Positions 39,367 through 51,700 of a stretch of 64,000 nt of DNA are shown here, piece after piece (positions within the stretch are counted from its first letter, which is position 1; each line of letters opens with the position of its first letter). The notes beneath the pieces were generated by a model. The model did not search any database. It was not told the origin of the DNA and worked only from the letters and a program-made list of their open reading frames with translations. This DNA comes from Psilocybe cubensis (Eukaryota), in NCBI GenBank assembly GCA_017499595.2, contig CM039002.1, positions 62,001-126,000 of the forward strand, written 5' to 3'. Both the position numbers and the translations under genes were made by a program.

Positions 39367-40273
39367 CTTGCCGATCATGCCGTGACCAGATTGATACAAA
39401 TTAAAGAGATGTAGCGATAAGATGAATAATGCTTTGTCTGACGACCATCCAACATCGATCCCTTGGGCCCCACTCCCCATCGCTTTGAACTATGCCCTAC
39501 AAGGTACAAATAACTGGGAGGGAATAAGGTGCGCAAATTAGTTTGTTTGTTGTGGACACCTATGATTATAGTGCTTACTTTTCTATTCATTAATCAAGTC
39601 GGGTCTTATTCCTGGATAGACCACCCTGCCATAGGTGTCTATACGAAATTTTTGGACAGCGAAGTTCCCCCCTCGCTTAGCGCCCCCTTTCTGCACGCGC
39701 AGCTCTCTTTTACCGCTGACATGAGGTACAAACATGTCAGATCCAGACTCGGTATGACCAGTATATATACTTGTTTAATCTAACTGCCTAAGATCGGTTA
39801 ATCTACCAGAGATTAATCTATCAGGAGCACTTGGCTGCCCAGTAGATTAATCAAAGTCGATATGGTTTTTTTCCTGTGTGGGCTATTCTTGACGTTGCGG
39901 AACGTGATACACCGCATCCTAGACTCTATTGCTGGAGCTTGAATGATCTGCGAGTGGACCATACATATTTTCCAGAGGCTGTGAAACTGGGGTTTCGTCC
40001 TGAACGTCTGGGCTCAGCGCCATCTGCAGGACAATCCATACGGGTAGTGCCCCAGTATTTGTATATATCGGGGAGCAATAGTGGCTGTATGTCGTCTAAA
40101 GCACCCTGTACACCGCTCGGAGGGTAATGGTCATCTGGTACGTTAATCGTGTTTGTTAAAATCATGTACAAGGAACGACATGTCGCGATCTCACATATAG
40201 TACCCGAGGCATCAATCATGTCCTGCCCATTGACACGGGTGATCTTTGGAGAACCAGAAAAGTTGAAAGACAT
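39367..40273 (-). pseudogene. Family X internally deleted copy
   Basis: MSFNFSGSPKITRVNGQDMIDASGTI | ..DHYPPSGVQGALDDIQPLLLPDIYKYWG matches family exons 1-2; 3' block at 39367-39430; upstream module at 40370-40740. Confidence 0.5.
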
Positions 40274-41173
40274 TGCGAGTATGAATTTAAAGAGAAATAT
40301 AAATGTTCAGATACGAAAAATTGGGAGAAAGTTACATTCGTGAATTTCGAGGTGAACAATGGACGGCCGGGTCTTTATAACCCTTATTTGAGTCACCCCT
40401 CAGCCCTGACCAAGATTTTTTTTTACACATTGCTAATTATAAATGTTTTGCTTCGTTTCTTTTTTTTTTTTGTAAACCGCAAAGCGACGCAAATTTGGCT
40501 GTGGCAAACAGTGCCAACGGCATCTTTTGGTGTTATATCACCATTTTAGTCCTCTCTCCAAATTTCTAGGACGGGATGAGTGTGAGGATGCAGGTCAATA
40601 ACCTCAAGGTGGAGAAATTAACTATCTTCTGCTATTATCACTTGTTTGAACATAATTCTGCACCTCTAGGCAAAGTTGCGCAGGCATCGAGTATAGAGCA
40701 CGCGGTAGCCGCGATGTGTACTACACCGGGTAGATCAGAATAGATAAATAACACACGACACAACAAGGGCTTCGGCTCGCGACATTTAATACAACTCAAC
40801 ATCCACAATCAACTGAAAATTTTATATTGCTTAATCGAGGTGCACAAAAAAAAGACGAGGCATATTCCCGGTGCTATGCCCGGCTGTAAAGAATTGAAGG
40901 TACACCTTTAATCGTGACCCGTAGGAAACTTTGCAAACGATATAAATGAGATGCTTGTAATTGAAAGTGTTTTTTTAGGGTCATTGAGGCTGCGCGCTAT
41001 TTATTCATTGAGTTCGGAGTTTGAAATAGTAGTTCCGGTGTCCATCAGCCACGATGTTGCGTATACCAGAACGATAATGAAGTGGCAACCAAATTACCTC
41101 ATGCTCAGAGGCCATGAGGTTGTCAGTATTTAGTTAACGTTAAAGGCGTCACTTCTCATCATCAACAACTATC

Positions 41174-42532
41174 ATGCCCGCAATACTGAAGGTGAGATTC
41201 TACCTGCTCTCCCAACCCAGCAATGCTACCAGATACCATATAGGCCATACGATACAACCAACGCATGTTGGCTTATCCCGCAGGCTTTAAACCATATCCA
41301 CGCTGTGCGTTCACGTTTTTTGTCAAATCTTCCTCTTTCAGAATCTATTTACACATTCGTCGCATCCCAAAGATGTGCCTACCCCGGACCGATACAATAT
41401 GCAATACGAAAACGTTGAGCTCATTACCGAAGACAAAGTGAAGCTTCGTTGCTTTCTTGTGAGGAGATTCGGAAATCTTGTAAGTATAAGCTAAGCTTTG
41501 AGCGCCACTGCTGACTCAATTTGACTTTGATCTAATCCAGAAAAATGCAAGAGGGACCGTTATTTTCTTCCATGGGATTGCGGTGAATCATGGGGAAATG
41601 CTATCTCAAGTGAAGGAACTGTATGAGTTTAATCTTGCCACGCTCACAGTTGACTATCGAGGGTTAGTTCTGAATTCACGGCACATACACACACATATAT
41701 ATATATGTAAACTGATGATGGATATGTAGCTACGGACATAGCGAAGGCGTACCGTCTGAAAATGGTGAGTTGCACTCGACGGTTTCTACCTGATCTATTC
41801 AACTCAATTCACTTTTCAGGTATCCGCCTCGACGCTCAGGCCGCCATAGACTATGTAAAGAACCACCACATCCTGTGCAAACTCCCAATCGTACGTCAAT
41901 GGTCTGAGAATATAGGCGCTCATATTAAGCTTTCCACGCGTCCTCAGATTCTATTCGGTCACGGTCTGGGTGGGGCTGTAGCTATCTATACTGCAAGTAA
42001 AAACCCAAACACGGTGCGTAATCAAGGATGATTTGTGATTATGCATTCTGTCTCAACCGAAATCTATCTCCAGGTATCCGCTGTAATAGTTGAAAACACC
42101 TATACATCAATTCCAGATCTCCTCAAAAGCATGCCTGTCATCCGCTATTTCTCCTGGATGTCTACACAGAAATGGAGGTCATCAACCGCATTATCCCGTC
42201 TTCCTACATCATTGCCCATTTTGATTCTGAGCGGGCGTATGGATGAGTACATACCGTACACGTACATGGAGAAACTGTGGAAAATAGCGATGAATAGAGG
42301 TCGTTCGGAAAGCAAAAATAGTGTACCAAATGAAGAATATAGACCTCCTATGAACGACATGTTTCGGGTCTTTCCTGATGGAATGCACTGTGAGTGGACT
42401 TCGCACATTGCTTCACTATTTTTCTCTCATTGTGCGCCACTGGTAGATTATACGTCCCACGAACCCTACTATTGGGAGACCGTTTTTGAATTTCTTGACC
42501 CTTTAATTCGTATTTCTCATACAGAAACGTAG
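41174..42532 (+). CDS. BEM46/ABHD13-like alpha/beta-hydrolase fold protein, multi-exon; nucleophile Ser replaced by Gly
   Basis: Spliced reading gives VPTPD..YENVELITEDKVKL, TVIFFHG, VDYRGYGHSEGVPSENGIRLDAQAAIDY, ILFGHGLGGAVAI, VIVENTYTSIPD, LPILILSGRMDEYIP and FPDGMH, the motif order of the BEM46/ABHD13 family. About 8 short GT-AG introns; the second acceptor is uncertain. Confidence 0.85.
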
Positions 42533-43762
42533 AAAATTTTTGCTTTGTTTTCATTTACTCGCAAAACATTTCAACCAACATTTTCATTCTATTTATCGCG
42601 TTGCTAATTCTATTTGCTCGTGTGGATATTTTGTACACGTATGCCAGTAGATTACTGCTGTTTTCTCAGACTATTACCAGCAGAGTCTGATCTCATTATC
42701 CTGTGTACCACCAAATAAATTACAACGGACATCGCTGATATTCTGATTTTACGCTATATCTATGGTCAATATGTAGCTTTTACTCATGCATTATTGTAGC
42801 ATATGCCCTTCTTGGATATTTACCACTATTCATGCATTTCTGACCCTTCAGATGCACGAATACACACAAAGATGCTCTATTTCATTCTTTTCACGATTCA
42901 TAGTGTTTGCACAGTGCCAGAGATATCTGAAATGGTGCACAAGCTGTACTACGAAAATGTTTAGTCGCTCAAATGGCCAAATTCGACTGCAACGATGATG
43001 CTCAAGCTCAAGGTCTGCGTGCTACATTTTAGTAACATTTCTCGTTCATCAATAAACTCAATTCCAAAGTAACTACAAGTAGAGTCCCTGAGTGGCACGT
43101 GTCGAAGAGAGCCTTGAATCCAAAAATTGCAATTTTATCTTCATAATGCACTTGAAGTTTGTACGGCGTACACCATCCGCATAGACTTACACAGTCACCG
43201 GCTCAGATGCAAAGGGTAGACCCGAGGTATCCACCATCGCCACTGCTCTCAAAATTACCCACGTCGAACGTCGAACACGCGTCAACGCAGAAGGAGTAGT
43301 GATCTATCGGACATGAAGAGCATGCAGGCTTCTTGGACCTTACAAAGAATGCGCTAAAACACCGCCAAAAACAACAAATCACAAAGAAAAGACAGTCGAA
43401 GTTGTGAATGAAGCAACAGATCAGGCCAGTGATAGTCACTTTGAGAAGGTAGGGGTGACCTGGGTGGGAGTGGACATGGCGAGGAGGGCGGGGCCCAAAA
43501 TGAAAGAGGCGGCGAGGACGAGTGAGTGTCGAGAAAACTCACATCTTCTTTGATATCCGAATGAGTGCTTGATGTAATGCGGCGTGGTTGCGATTTTTGC
43601 AGAGGATACAATCTACAACCAATATTATTTTATATATACTTTTTCCACATTGTATTTGTTGGAACAAAGATTAAATCATCCACGAACATTGAAAATCAAC
43701 AGAAAGCTCCAATACACCGCTCCTTCTATGTGCTTAGGATCATTTATTCAAGGTAGCTGTTT

Positions 43763-45307
43763 TCAAGCAGTGCTTCGGAGTAATAGAGGCCGTGAAGCTT
43801 GCCGATCATGCCGTGACCAAACAGATACAAGCTGAAAAGATGTAGCGATAAGATAAATACATATCTGACGATTCCTTCCAACAGTAGTCCCCCGCTTCCC
43901 AACCGCTTTTCACCATTCCCGACAAATTACAGATGCTGCGTGCTGATAAGCTGCAATTAATTTTTTGTTTGTAGATCTGTGATTGGAGTGCTTACTTTTC
44001 CGTCCACAGATCAGGCCTCATTCCTCTATACACCACATTTCCATGCTTGTCTATACGCACTATGCGTTCCGCCCGTTTCCCTCCTCTCTTAGCGCCCCTG
44101 TTGTACGAGCGGGGCCCTCTTTTCTTTATTAAGCTGACAGGATGAACAAAAAAGTCAAATCCAAACACTGGGTATGTCATTTTTCACAAACACTCACCTT
44201 CTACTTCCTTGCTCCGTTTGGGGCTCGGATCTGCAACTGTTTGCTTCAATTCCACATAATTCGAGAGATGGGAAATCAGAATTTACCTTCGAGCATTGCC
44301 TGATGATCCAGTATTCCTGGTGAATGTTGGCTCGACGGGCGCGAACCCGGAGCCATGTGGCCCGTTGTGCTCTTTGTGCTCCAACGTATTATTTTGATGT
44401 CTTGTCTCTCCAAAAGGTGGACTCGGCAAGGTTGAGGTGTCTTGAATATTGTGTGCGCCTCCCAAGTACCCCAGACCATCATCTGGCCTATGGTATGGTA
44501 CCGGGTTAGGTAGGCTCCGGATGGCCCTGTATGGGGTGCCCCTCTGATGAGGCAGATTGGATTGCCGCGTTGAGGGGCCAACAGATATGTGCTGCTGGGA
44601 GGGGAATATTGGCGCAGACATTGCACCCATTTCGGCCCCGTATACCCTTTCCAAATAATTGATCGGGGCTTGACTCATCGTGCGCCCGATGTTGGAGTCG
44701 TTAGAAGACTCCTGACAGGCTACAGAGGAGCTCGCAAACGTTTCAGCGAGCTCAACCTGAATGTTGCCCATCTGCATGGAAGTCGGCAGGTCATAAGGAG
44801 GGATATCCCATGTCATCGCTGCGGGGTTGTTCAAATACTCATACATCAACAAAAGATCGATCTCCCCAAGCTTTGTCCAATCCAATGATAGGTCAGAGAC
44901 GGAAAATCCAGTCTCTTGTGCCGCTGATTCCTGGTGCTATGGATGAGAGGTGGTTAAGTTGATATACCACTTTGAAGTGGGGGTTAGAACACGTACGAAT
45001 GGACCATGTGTAACCTCCAGTGTTGGGGACACTGCGTTCCCGTCCTGCAAACGTTTATCTACAACGTTTGAAATGTTATTTCTTGGAGTAATCCCCCAAT
45101 ATTCAAACATATCGGGGATTAATGGTTGTCGGATATCTGCTGTAGTACCATCTACTCCGCTCAGAGGGTAATGGTTTACTGTCAGATTAATGATGTGTAT
45201 TAGAGTAATGTACATACAACGAGAGTCGCGATCTCACCGGCCTCAGTCTCATCAGCACCGTTCTGAGCAAGCATGATCTTGGAAAAAACAAAGGTGTTAT
45301 AGGACAT
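43763..45307 (-). CDS. Family X hypothetical protein, best-preserved copy (6 predicted exons); disordered S/P/Q/N-rich body with basic C-terminal region
   Basis: ATG 45307: MSYNTFVFSKIMLAQNGADETEA | VNHYPLSGVDG...HGPF | HQESAAQ...LDWTKLGEIDLLLMYEYLNNP...GNARR | SEPQTEQGSRS | LIKKRGPRSYNRGAKRGGKRAERIVRIDKHGNVVYRGMRPDLWTE |. All junctions are GT-AG and in frame; the last exon is uncertain. TATAAA about 105 bp upstream. Confidence 0.55.
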
Positions 45308-47094
45308 TGTGGGTTTGAAGTCGAAGAGGAGAACTGATGGTTCAGAGATGAAATTCAGTGGGAGCGGATCGAAGTGGGAACTTTCGAGGTGAACAATGGA
45401 CTGTCAAATCTTTATAACATGAGAAAAAACCCTGTACACGCCTTTCAAGCCATCCCTTAGTGCTGGCTTTTTGCGGTGGGAAACAGTGCCATCGGAATCT
45501 TTTCATTACGCTTCTTAGCTATCTCTCTCATTAAATCGGACGGAACGACAGTGAGGATACCCAACAATGACCTCAAGGTGTAGACATTTACTAAAGGCTG
45601 TGATCATCGTGACTGGTTTGAACAGTGTTATTTACCTTCAGGATAAGTTGCGCAGGCATTGAGCGTTGAGCACGCGGCAGCCGCGATGTGTACTACTCCG
45701 GGTAGGTCACAATGGATAAACAACACACAATACTTGAATGGTTTTTTTCCCACTGAATCCATACCCTGAACGCTGTACGTTCAGTTTGATCACACGAAGT
45801 CTCCCATTTTTCTAACTGAAATTTAAAACGAAATCCTCTTAATGAATTAGAGATACTGTAGCGGTGCGTGAAAGTTTACTCAAATTTTACCACAGTTTGA
45901 CAAAAATTTATGGCTCACATCGTATCGACCCTGCATTCTTTCCAGAACGGCGCTGTCATCGTGCAGATAAAGTGGCAGTAGAGCCCTTAACAGTCCTTAC
46001 CGCTCATCCCACGAACCCTGCGGCGCGGGGCGGAGTCAGATGGACTAAACAGAATGGTTGGCTGCTATTCTGCGGCAATGCAAAGGGGGAAATAGAAATA
46101 AATTACTGCAAGAAAACCAGGGCTGGAATCTATACCACAAACCAGGAAACGTTCAGTATTTTTCTCCTAATACGATGCATTAAAATCATGGATGCCGATG
46201 TGCAACCAACGATTTCTATTCCATCCCTTGGGTAAGAGACTCGCTAAATTAACGACATAAAAAGCTTTCAAGCGGGAATACTGGATAGGTGTACAACTGT
46301 TTTACACCGCGAAATCCATCTGTTCAATGTAGCAGGGTCTCGTATGGTTGTGTGTTGCGTTGACTCTCTGCCAGCAGCTGTTTTTTGAACTCTGAACATC
46401 CAGAGATCACGGTCAGTGGGAGTCAAGAAGAGGCGGAACGCAAGGGTATTCATTAGCATTGGGATAAGACAGGACATTACAACTTACCCAAACGAGGGTT
46501 TAAAGATGGTATTCTCAAAGCGACATCGTACCTGATGCTCAACATGAGGAATTCAACGTCGACTATATGATATTATAATCATATTGACTCAGCAGCGTGC
46601 AGGGAGTATGGTAAATCTTGGAGATGTATAAGCTGTGTGGTGTGATATAGAGGGAATACGAATCAAAGAAGGAAACTTAGTCGGCTTGTGCACACGGGCA
46701 CATTCAATTTCTCCTTCCGCCCTCTTGCTCCACATCTCAACAGGCCAACCATGTATAAATCAACGCCCAAATCCCCAACTTCCCCATACGCATCCAAGGA
46801 CACACCATCTCATAACTCAACGATGTGTGTATGCGCTGATATTGCTGTTCGTCAGTCTCTAACAATTGGTATGGCCCTCTGTCTCTTGATTCTGTTTCTG
46901 ACGGATAATGTGGGGGGTTTGATTCCAATATATGCCGTCCCGGGAAACATATAACCAGTAGGTACAGACGAGGCTGCACCACACAAAGCCGGCAGGGAAC
47001 TTAAAAGCAGGATATGAGGGTTCGATATTAAGTCTTAAAAGATTCACTAAGTCAGAGTGCGCACTACAATGCTTTTTCCCACACTCAATTCAGC

Positions 47095-48700
47095 TTGCCG
47101 ACAATACCGTGACCAAATCGATACAAATTGAAAAGATGCTACGATAAGATAAATATTTTCTCTCTGATGATCATTCTATCCAACGTTAGTCCCGCGCCCC
47201 CCAACCGCTATGTCCCATGTCCCACGAATTACAGGAATCTAAGGTGATGAGAGGAAAGAAGGTGCGTAAATCAGTCTGTTGTTTGTAGACCTGTGATAGG
47301 AGCGCTTACTTTTCTGTTCATTTTTCTTTGTCAGCGCATCCCTTGATACACCACCTTTCCAGTGACTCGGTCTATGCGTACTTTACGTACAAAGGGCTTT
47401 TCCCCTCGTTTGGCGCTCCGATTTCCTGCCCGAGGCACTCTTTTGGGTGCCACTCTGACATCATGCGAAAACATGTCAAATCGAGACTCAGTGCGTGAAT
47501 TTTAAACACACTCACTTTCCATTTCCTTGTTCTTGCTGAGGCTCGGATCTGCAATATGGGTATGGGCCTGGAAAGGGTGTGGCGTGCGCCGCAGATTGGG
47601 AGAGATCACTCCAGGCGGCATTGCTGAGACCTAGCGGTCCTTCCTGGAGATAATCCGTGACCCCCAGGGGTTGGGGGATTGAGTTGATGTCCTGCTCTGC
47701 AGCATACGTGAACACAGGGTATGTGGAATAACATATCAGTCCGTACCAGGAATATGAGATCCTTGGAAGGGGGAGGGGAGTAAAAAATCCTCAAAGCCTC
47801 CTTCGAAATTGTCAAATCTGTACGCTGGTTCAAGGTAGCTATCTATTCATCCCCACACGATTGGTATTAGCCCAATGCACTCGTATTGACAATAAAGGTC
47901 TCACCAGTGATACCGGTTGCTTCAGATCCGCTGTGATAGAGCATGATGTTCGAGAAATTGAAGATGTTGGACTGGGACATTGAGAAAACAGCGAGGGGTG
48001 CTGAAGCGAAGATTGGGGAGACCCTGTATGGGGTGTTTCTGCTATGAGGCAGGCCCGTTTGCTGTCTTGACAACCCAACAGGCATGTCTAGCCGGGATGT
48101 AAATGCTGGTGCAGCATGTGAGGTGGATGCGAACTCATGTGTCCTGACAAAGGTGACAATCTTGCTTTCCATTGGCCTAGAAATGGGCAGGGCATCCGAT
48201 AGGGTTCCACATGTCGCCCGCACGGGGTCCTTCCATCTCCTTTCTCGTTTTGCGGCTCCGACCTGCAATCATTTGCGTCAGTCCCAAACATTTCGAGAGA
48301 TAGGAAATCAAAACATACTTTCGAGCATCTCCTGACGAGTCAGTTATCCATTCGGATATCTGCTCAACGGGCATGAACCCGGGGCTTTCTTGCTGGTGAT
48401 GTTCTATATGCTTGAATGTAGTGCTTTGCTTACTTGTCTCTCCAGATGGAAGCCTCGGCAAGGTTGTATTGTCGTGCAGTATTTAAGCAAATCAGGGATT
48501 ACCGCCGACGGGATATCCTCTACATCACCCTCTACTCCGCTCAGAGGGTAGCGGTTAGCTATTGCATCGATCATGCCATATTTTAGAATAGTGTTCATAT
48601 ACCGTAAAATCGCAATCTCACCTACGGTACCCGTTGCATCCCATTCATTCCGACCAAGGGTGATCTTTGAAGATCTAGCGTCGTTTATAGACATCAAGGG
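47095..48700 (-). pseudogene. Family X, two fused partial copies
   Basis: 47095-47555 is paralogous to 12235-12690; 47820-48020 to 13590-13770; 48020-48660 to 15730-16270. Confidence 0.5.
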
Positions 48701-51700
48701 CTTCAATTTGAAGAGAAATCAAAGTATAGACGCAACATTTGGGAGCGGATTGTAGTGGGAATTTTGAAGATGAACAATGGACGGCTCGATCTTTATAACA
48801 TGAGAAAAAAAAACGTTGAAAACGGTCGTCCCCCTGCGCTGGCTTTTGGCTGTGGGAAACCTTGCTAGCGGTATCTTTTGATATTTGATCATTACGCTTT
48901 AAAGTCCTCTCTCACATTGTGCTGGATGTGACACGACCAAAACACCATACAACGACCTCAAAATAAAGAAATTAACTGTGTTATGGGATTATCCCTCGGT
49001 TGAACGGCATTTTATACCTCCAGGCAAAGTTGCGGAGGCAGAAGTGTTGAGCACGCGATGGCCACGATGTGTACTACACCGGGTAGATTATAACTGATTA
49101 ACTACATACAACATGCAAAGTTATCTTTTCCCACCGAATCAATCACCTGAGACTGTACGCTCCGTCACCGTTGTAGATATTAAGTACAGATATAATGATA
49201 CACTGTCTCCCACTCAAAACCAAAATCCTGGTAATGAATAAAGAGAACCTGTAATGGAGAGAAACAATTGCCAACATCCGTACTGAATGTAGATTCAAAT
49301 AAATTAACGATGAAGATGGTGAACCAGGTTAGAAAAAACACGGTTAGAGTGGACTGTAACCCCACAACCTATGAAAACACCTCTCGAGATACGGACTTGT
49401 AGGCCTATTCTAACAACTCATGAAACCGAGGTCCTACATCCTTGGCTATACTGAAGATCGATGAGTGAATGCATTGAGGTGGACTGGGTAATTAAATGAA
49501 CTCATTTGTAGATGTTAACTGACGCACCTAGAGCATTGGTTCATTCTTTGTGCTGGAACGCCGCAGTGTTTCTTGATTATCACGGCCACAATGTACACAC
49601 AATTTAGCAGAAATTTTTTTAAAACTCATCGCAGCGCCTGGTACTTGGTGGACGAGTGTTAAAATGGACAATAGGCGGAAGTTTGAGGAGAGAATCAATA
49701 AAGTTCGGACATAAAAGACAAGAACTTTGCACCGAATTACTCAAGATAATTGGGCACTATGGTCAAGGTTTTCAGTTAGACAAAAGCCAAGATGAATCCT
49801 ACAAGTGGATGATGCATATTGAACAGATGAAAGTGCTCCATCTTGCAAACTTGGTGGTTGTAGCTGAAGCTGAAAGTTTAGAGAGCGGCGTGGGAGAAAA
49901 TAGCGCTGACGTGATCGAGTTTCGAGCGGAGATTGAACGTCTTCGGCTCAAACTGTGCGACAAACACGACGGTGTTGGCTTTGGGCGACGCGAGATTTAA
50001 CCCACCTTCCAGCGCCTACTTCATCTACCCTCGACAGCTATTATATTACAACTTCTGTCACACACTCTATGTCACCGACTCCGCATCCGTGCAGCACACA
50101 AACATAAACCAACCGCCGGATCCTGTCACCCTTTTGGGCACGTCGTTCCTCTAGAACATTAATGCATTGAAGGTCGTTGCTAATGCGTTTGCAAACTTAT
50201 GGTACGTCGCAGCATATGTGTAACACACCCTCTGGTTCACTCTAATTAGCAGTCGATCATATCCTCAAGCATGGGACCTGGACATATTCGATTTTCACCC
50301 ATCTTCTACGATGTCTCGAACACTCGCATCCTCTCCATCTCCTTCCCTTTTTAGATACGACCACCGTGCGCTCCCTCTCCGGGCTCTCATCAAAAGGCTC
50401 AACTGCATAATGCCGGATGCACCACATTACTTTCTCGACGGATTTGAGCGTGAGAATTGGGATGTTTGACAACGGAGGTCGAGGTTGAGCAGTTTTCTAT
50501 CCATATCTCTGGTACATCTCCCATTTTCTCCTTGATATGCATGATTCCGCTTCTTTTCCTGAATCCGTCCCTGACTCCCCAATCTTCCTGTCTCACCTCA
50601 GTCGTCAAGCCTCATTTTGATGTTCTCACAAACTCCCGCCCGACTCCTTGCTCCCCAGCACTTCCCCTCCTCTTGTGCTGTCCCCTGACCTCTCGTATAA
50701 TCGTTTACAACCTGCTCTTTTCGTTCATAAGGATGATTTGTGGCTTGTGAGCGAGACCCGCATGGGGTCGGGAAGCGTGATAAGGTTGGCAGACATGTGG
50801 AGACAACCGTGCCGTTTTCAAAGGTCGATGCGAAGGTCTTCTCATCACAGGGTTTTGTGGTCCGTATCTCCACCATTGTCCATGTTTCGGGTGATCACTG
50901 TTTATGTCTCGATTCTTTCGCTTGCTACTCATACTTTTTGTTTCATTAGAGTTTCCAACGCTGAACTCGCGGTTCATACAATCCCCCCAAGCTCCCGCTC
51001 GACTCAACGCTCCTCAACACACGCTCCCCCTCGTCTTCTACGGCCTACCCTTCATATATGCATTGCCCGCTGCACCGTATACCCTGTTTCCGTAGTGCGC
51101 ACCCTGCTTGTTTGTAACACCCGTCTTTCTCTTTCTTTTTGACTTATTTACCACACAGGGCGGTCAAACGAAAACAAAAGAAGATTATGAACATGAAGAC
51201 AAACAACAAACACGAATAGGCAAAGGCGCCCACCACGGGGAAGATGAGACTCTGCGGCCCCCCTTTCATGTATGATTCGTTTCCTGTGCGTTACATCACA
51301 TCCTCTACCAGTAATCAGCACCAAGTTTCTTTGTCTCGCCTGTCATTGTTTTTCTGTTTTTTGACTATTTACCATACAGGGCCGTTAAACGCCAACAAAC
51401 GAAATTGTGAATACCAACCCAAACATAAGCGGATAAAGGCGCCCACCGCGTGGGGAAAGAGGCTTCCAAACTTAACAATGATTGATTGTATGCAGGGCTG
51501 GCATTGACCTATTACGCTCGGCATATTGTCGTCGCAGCCGCCAGGTATGCGCATATGTGCACTTGGTGTTGAGATGTTCATGTCCCTCTGTTCATGGTCC
51601 ACTCCCTCAGGGATGGGGATACCTACACAATATATCTGAAGCACGGAGCGTAGTGATGTACGGGATGTGACCATATTTCAAGAAACAAACGGGAGGTTTG

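Noticed and set aside
35063-42532. Secondary-metabolite gene cluster (secreted protein, GST, hydrolase)
   Set aside because: No backbone enzyme, transporter or tailoring set in the window; adjacency alone is not evidence.
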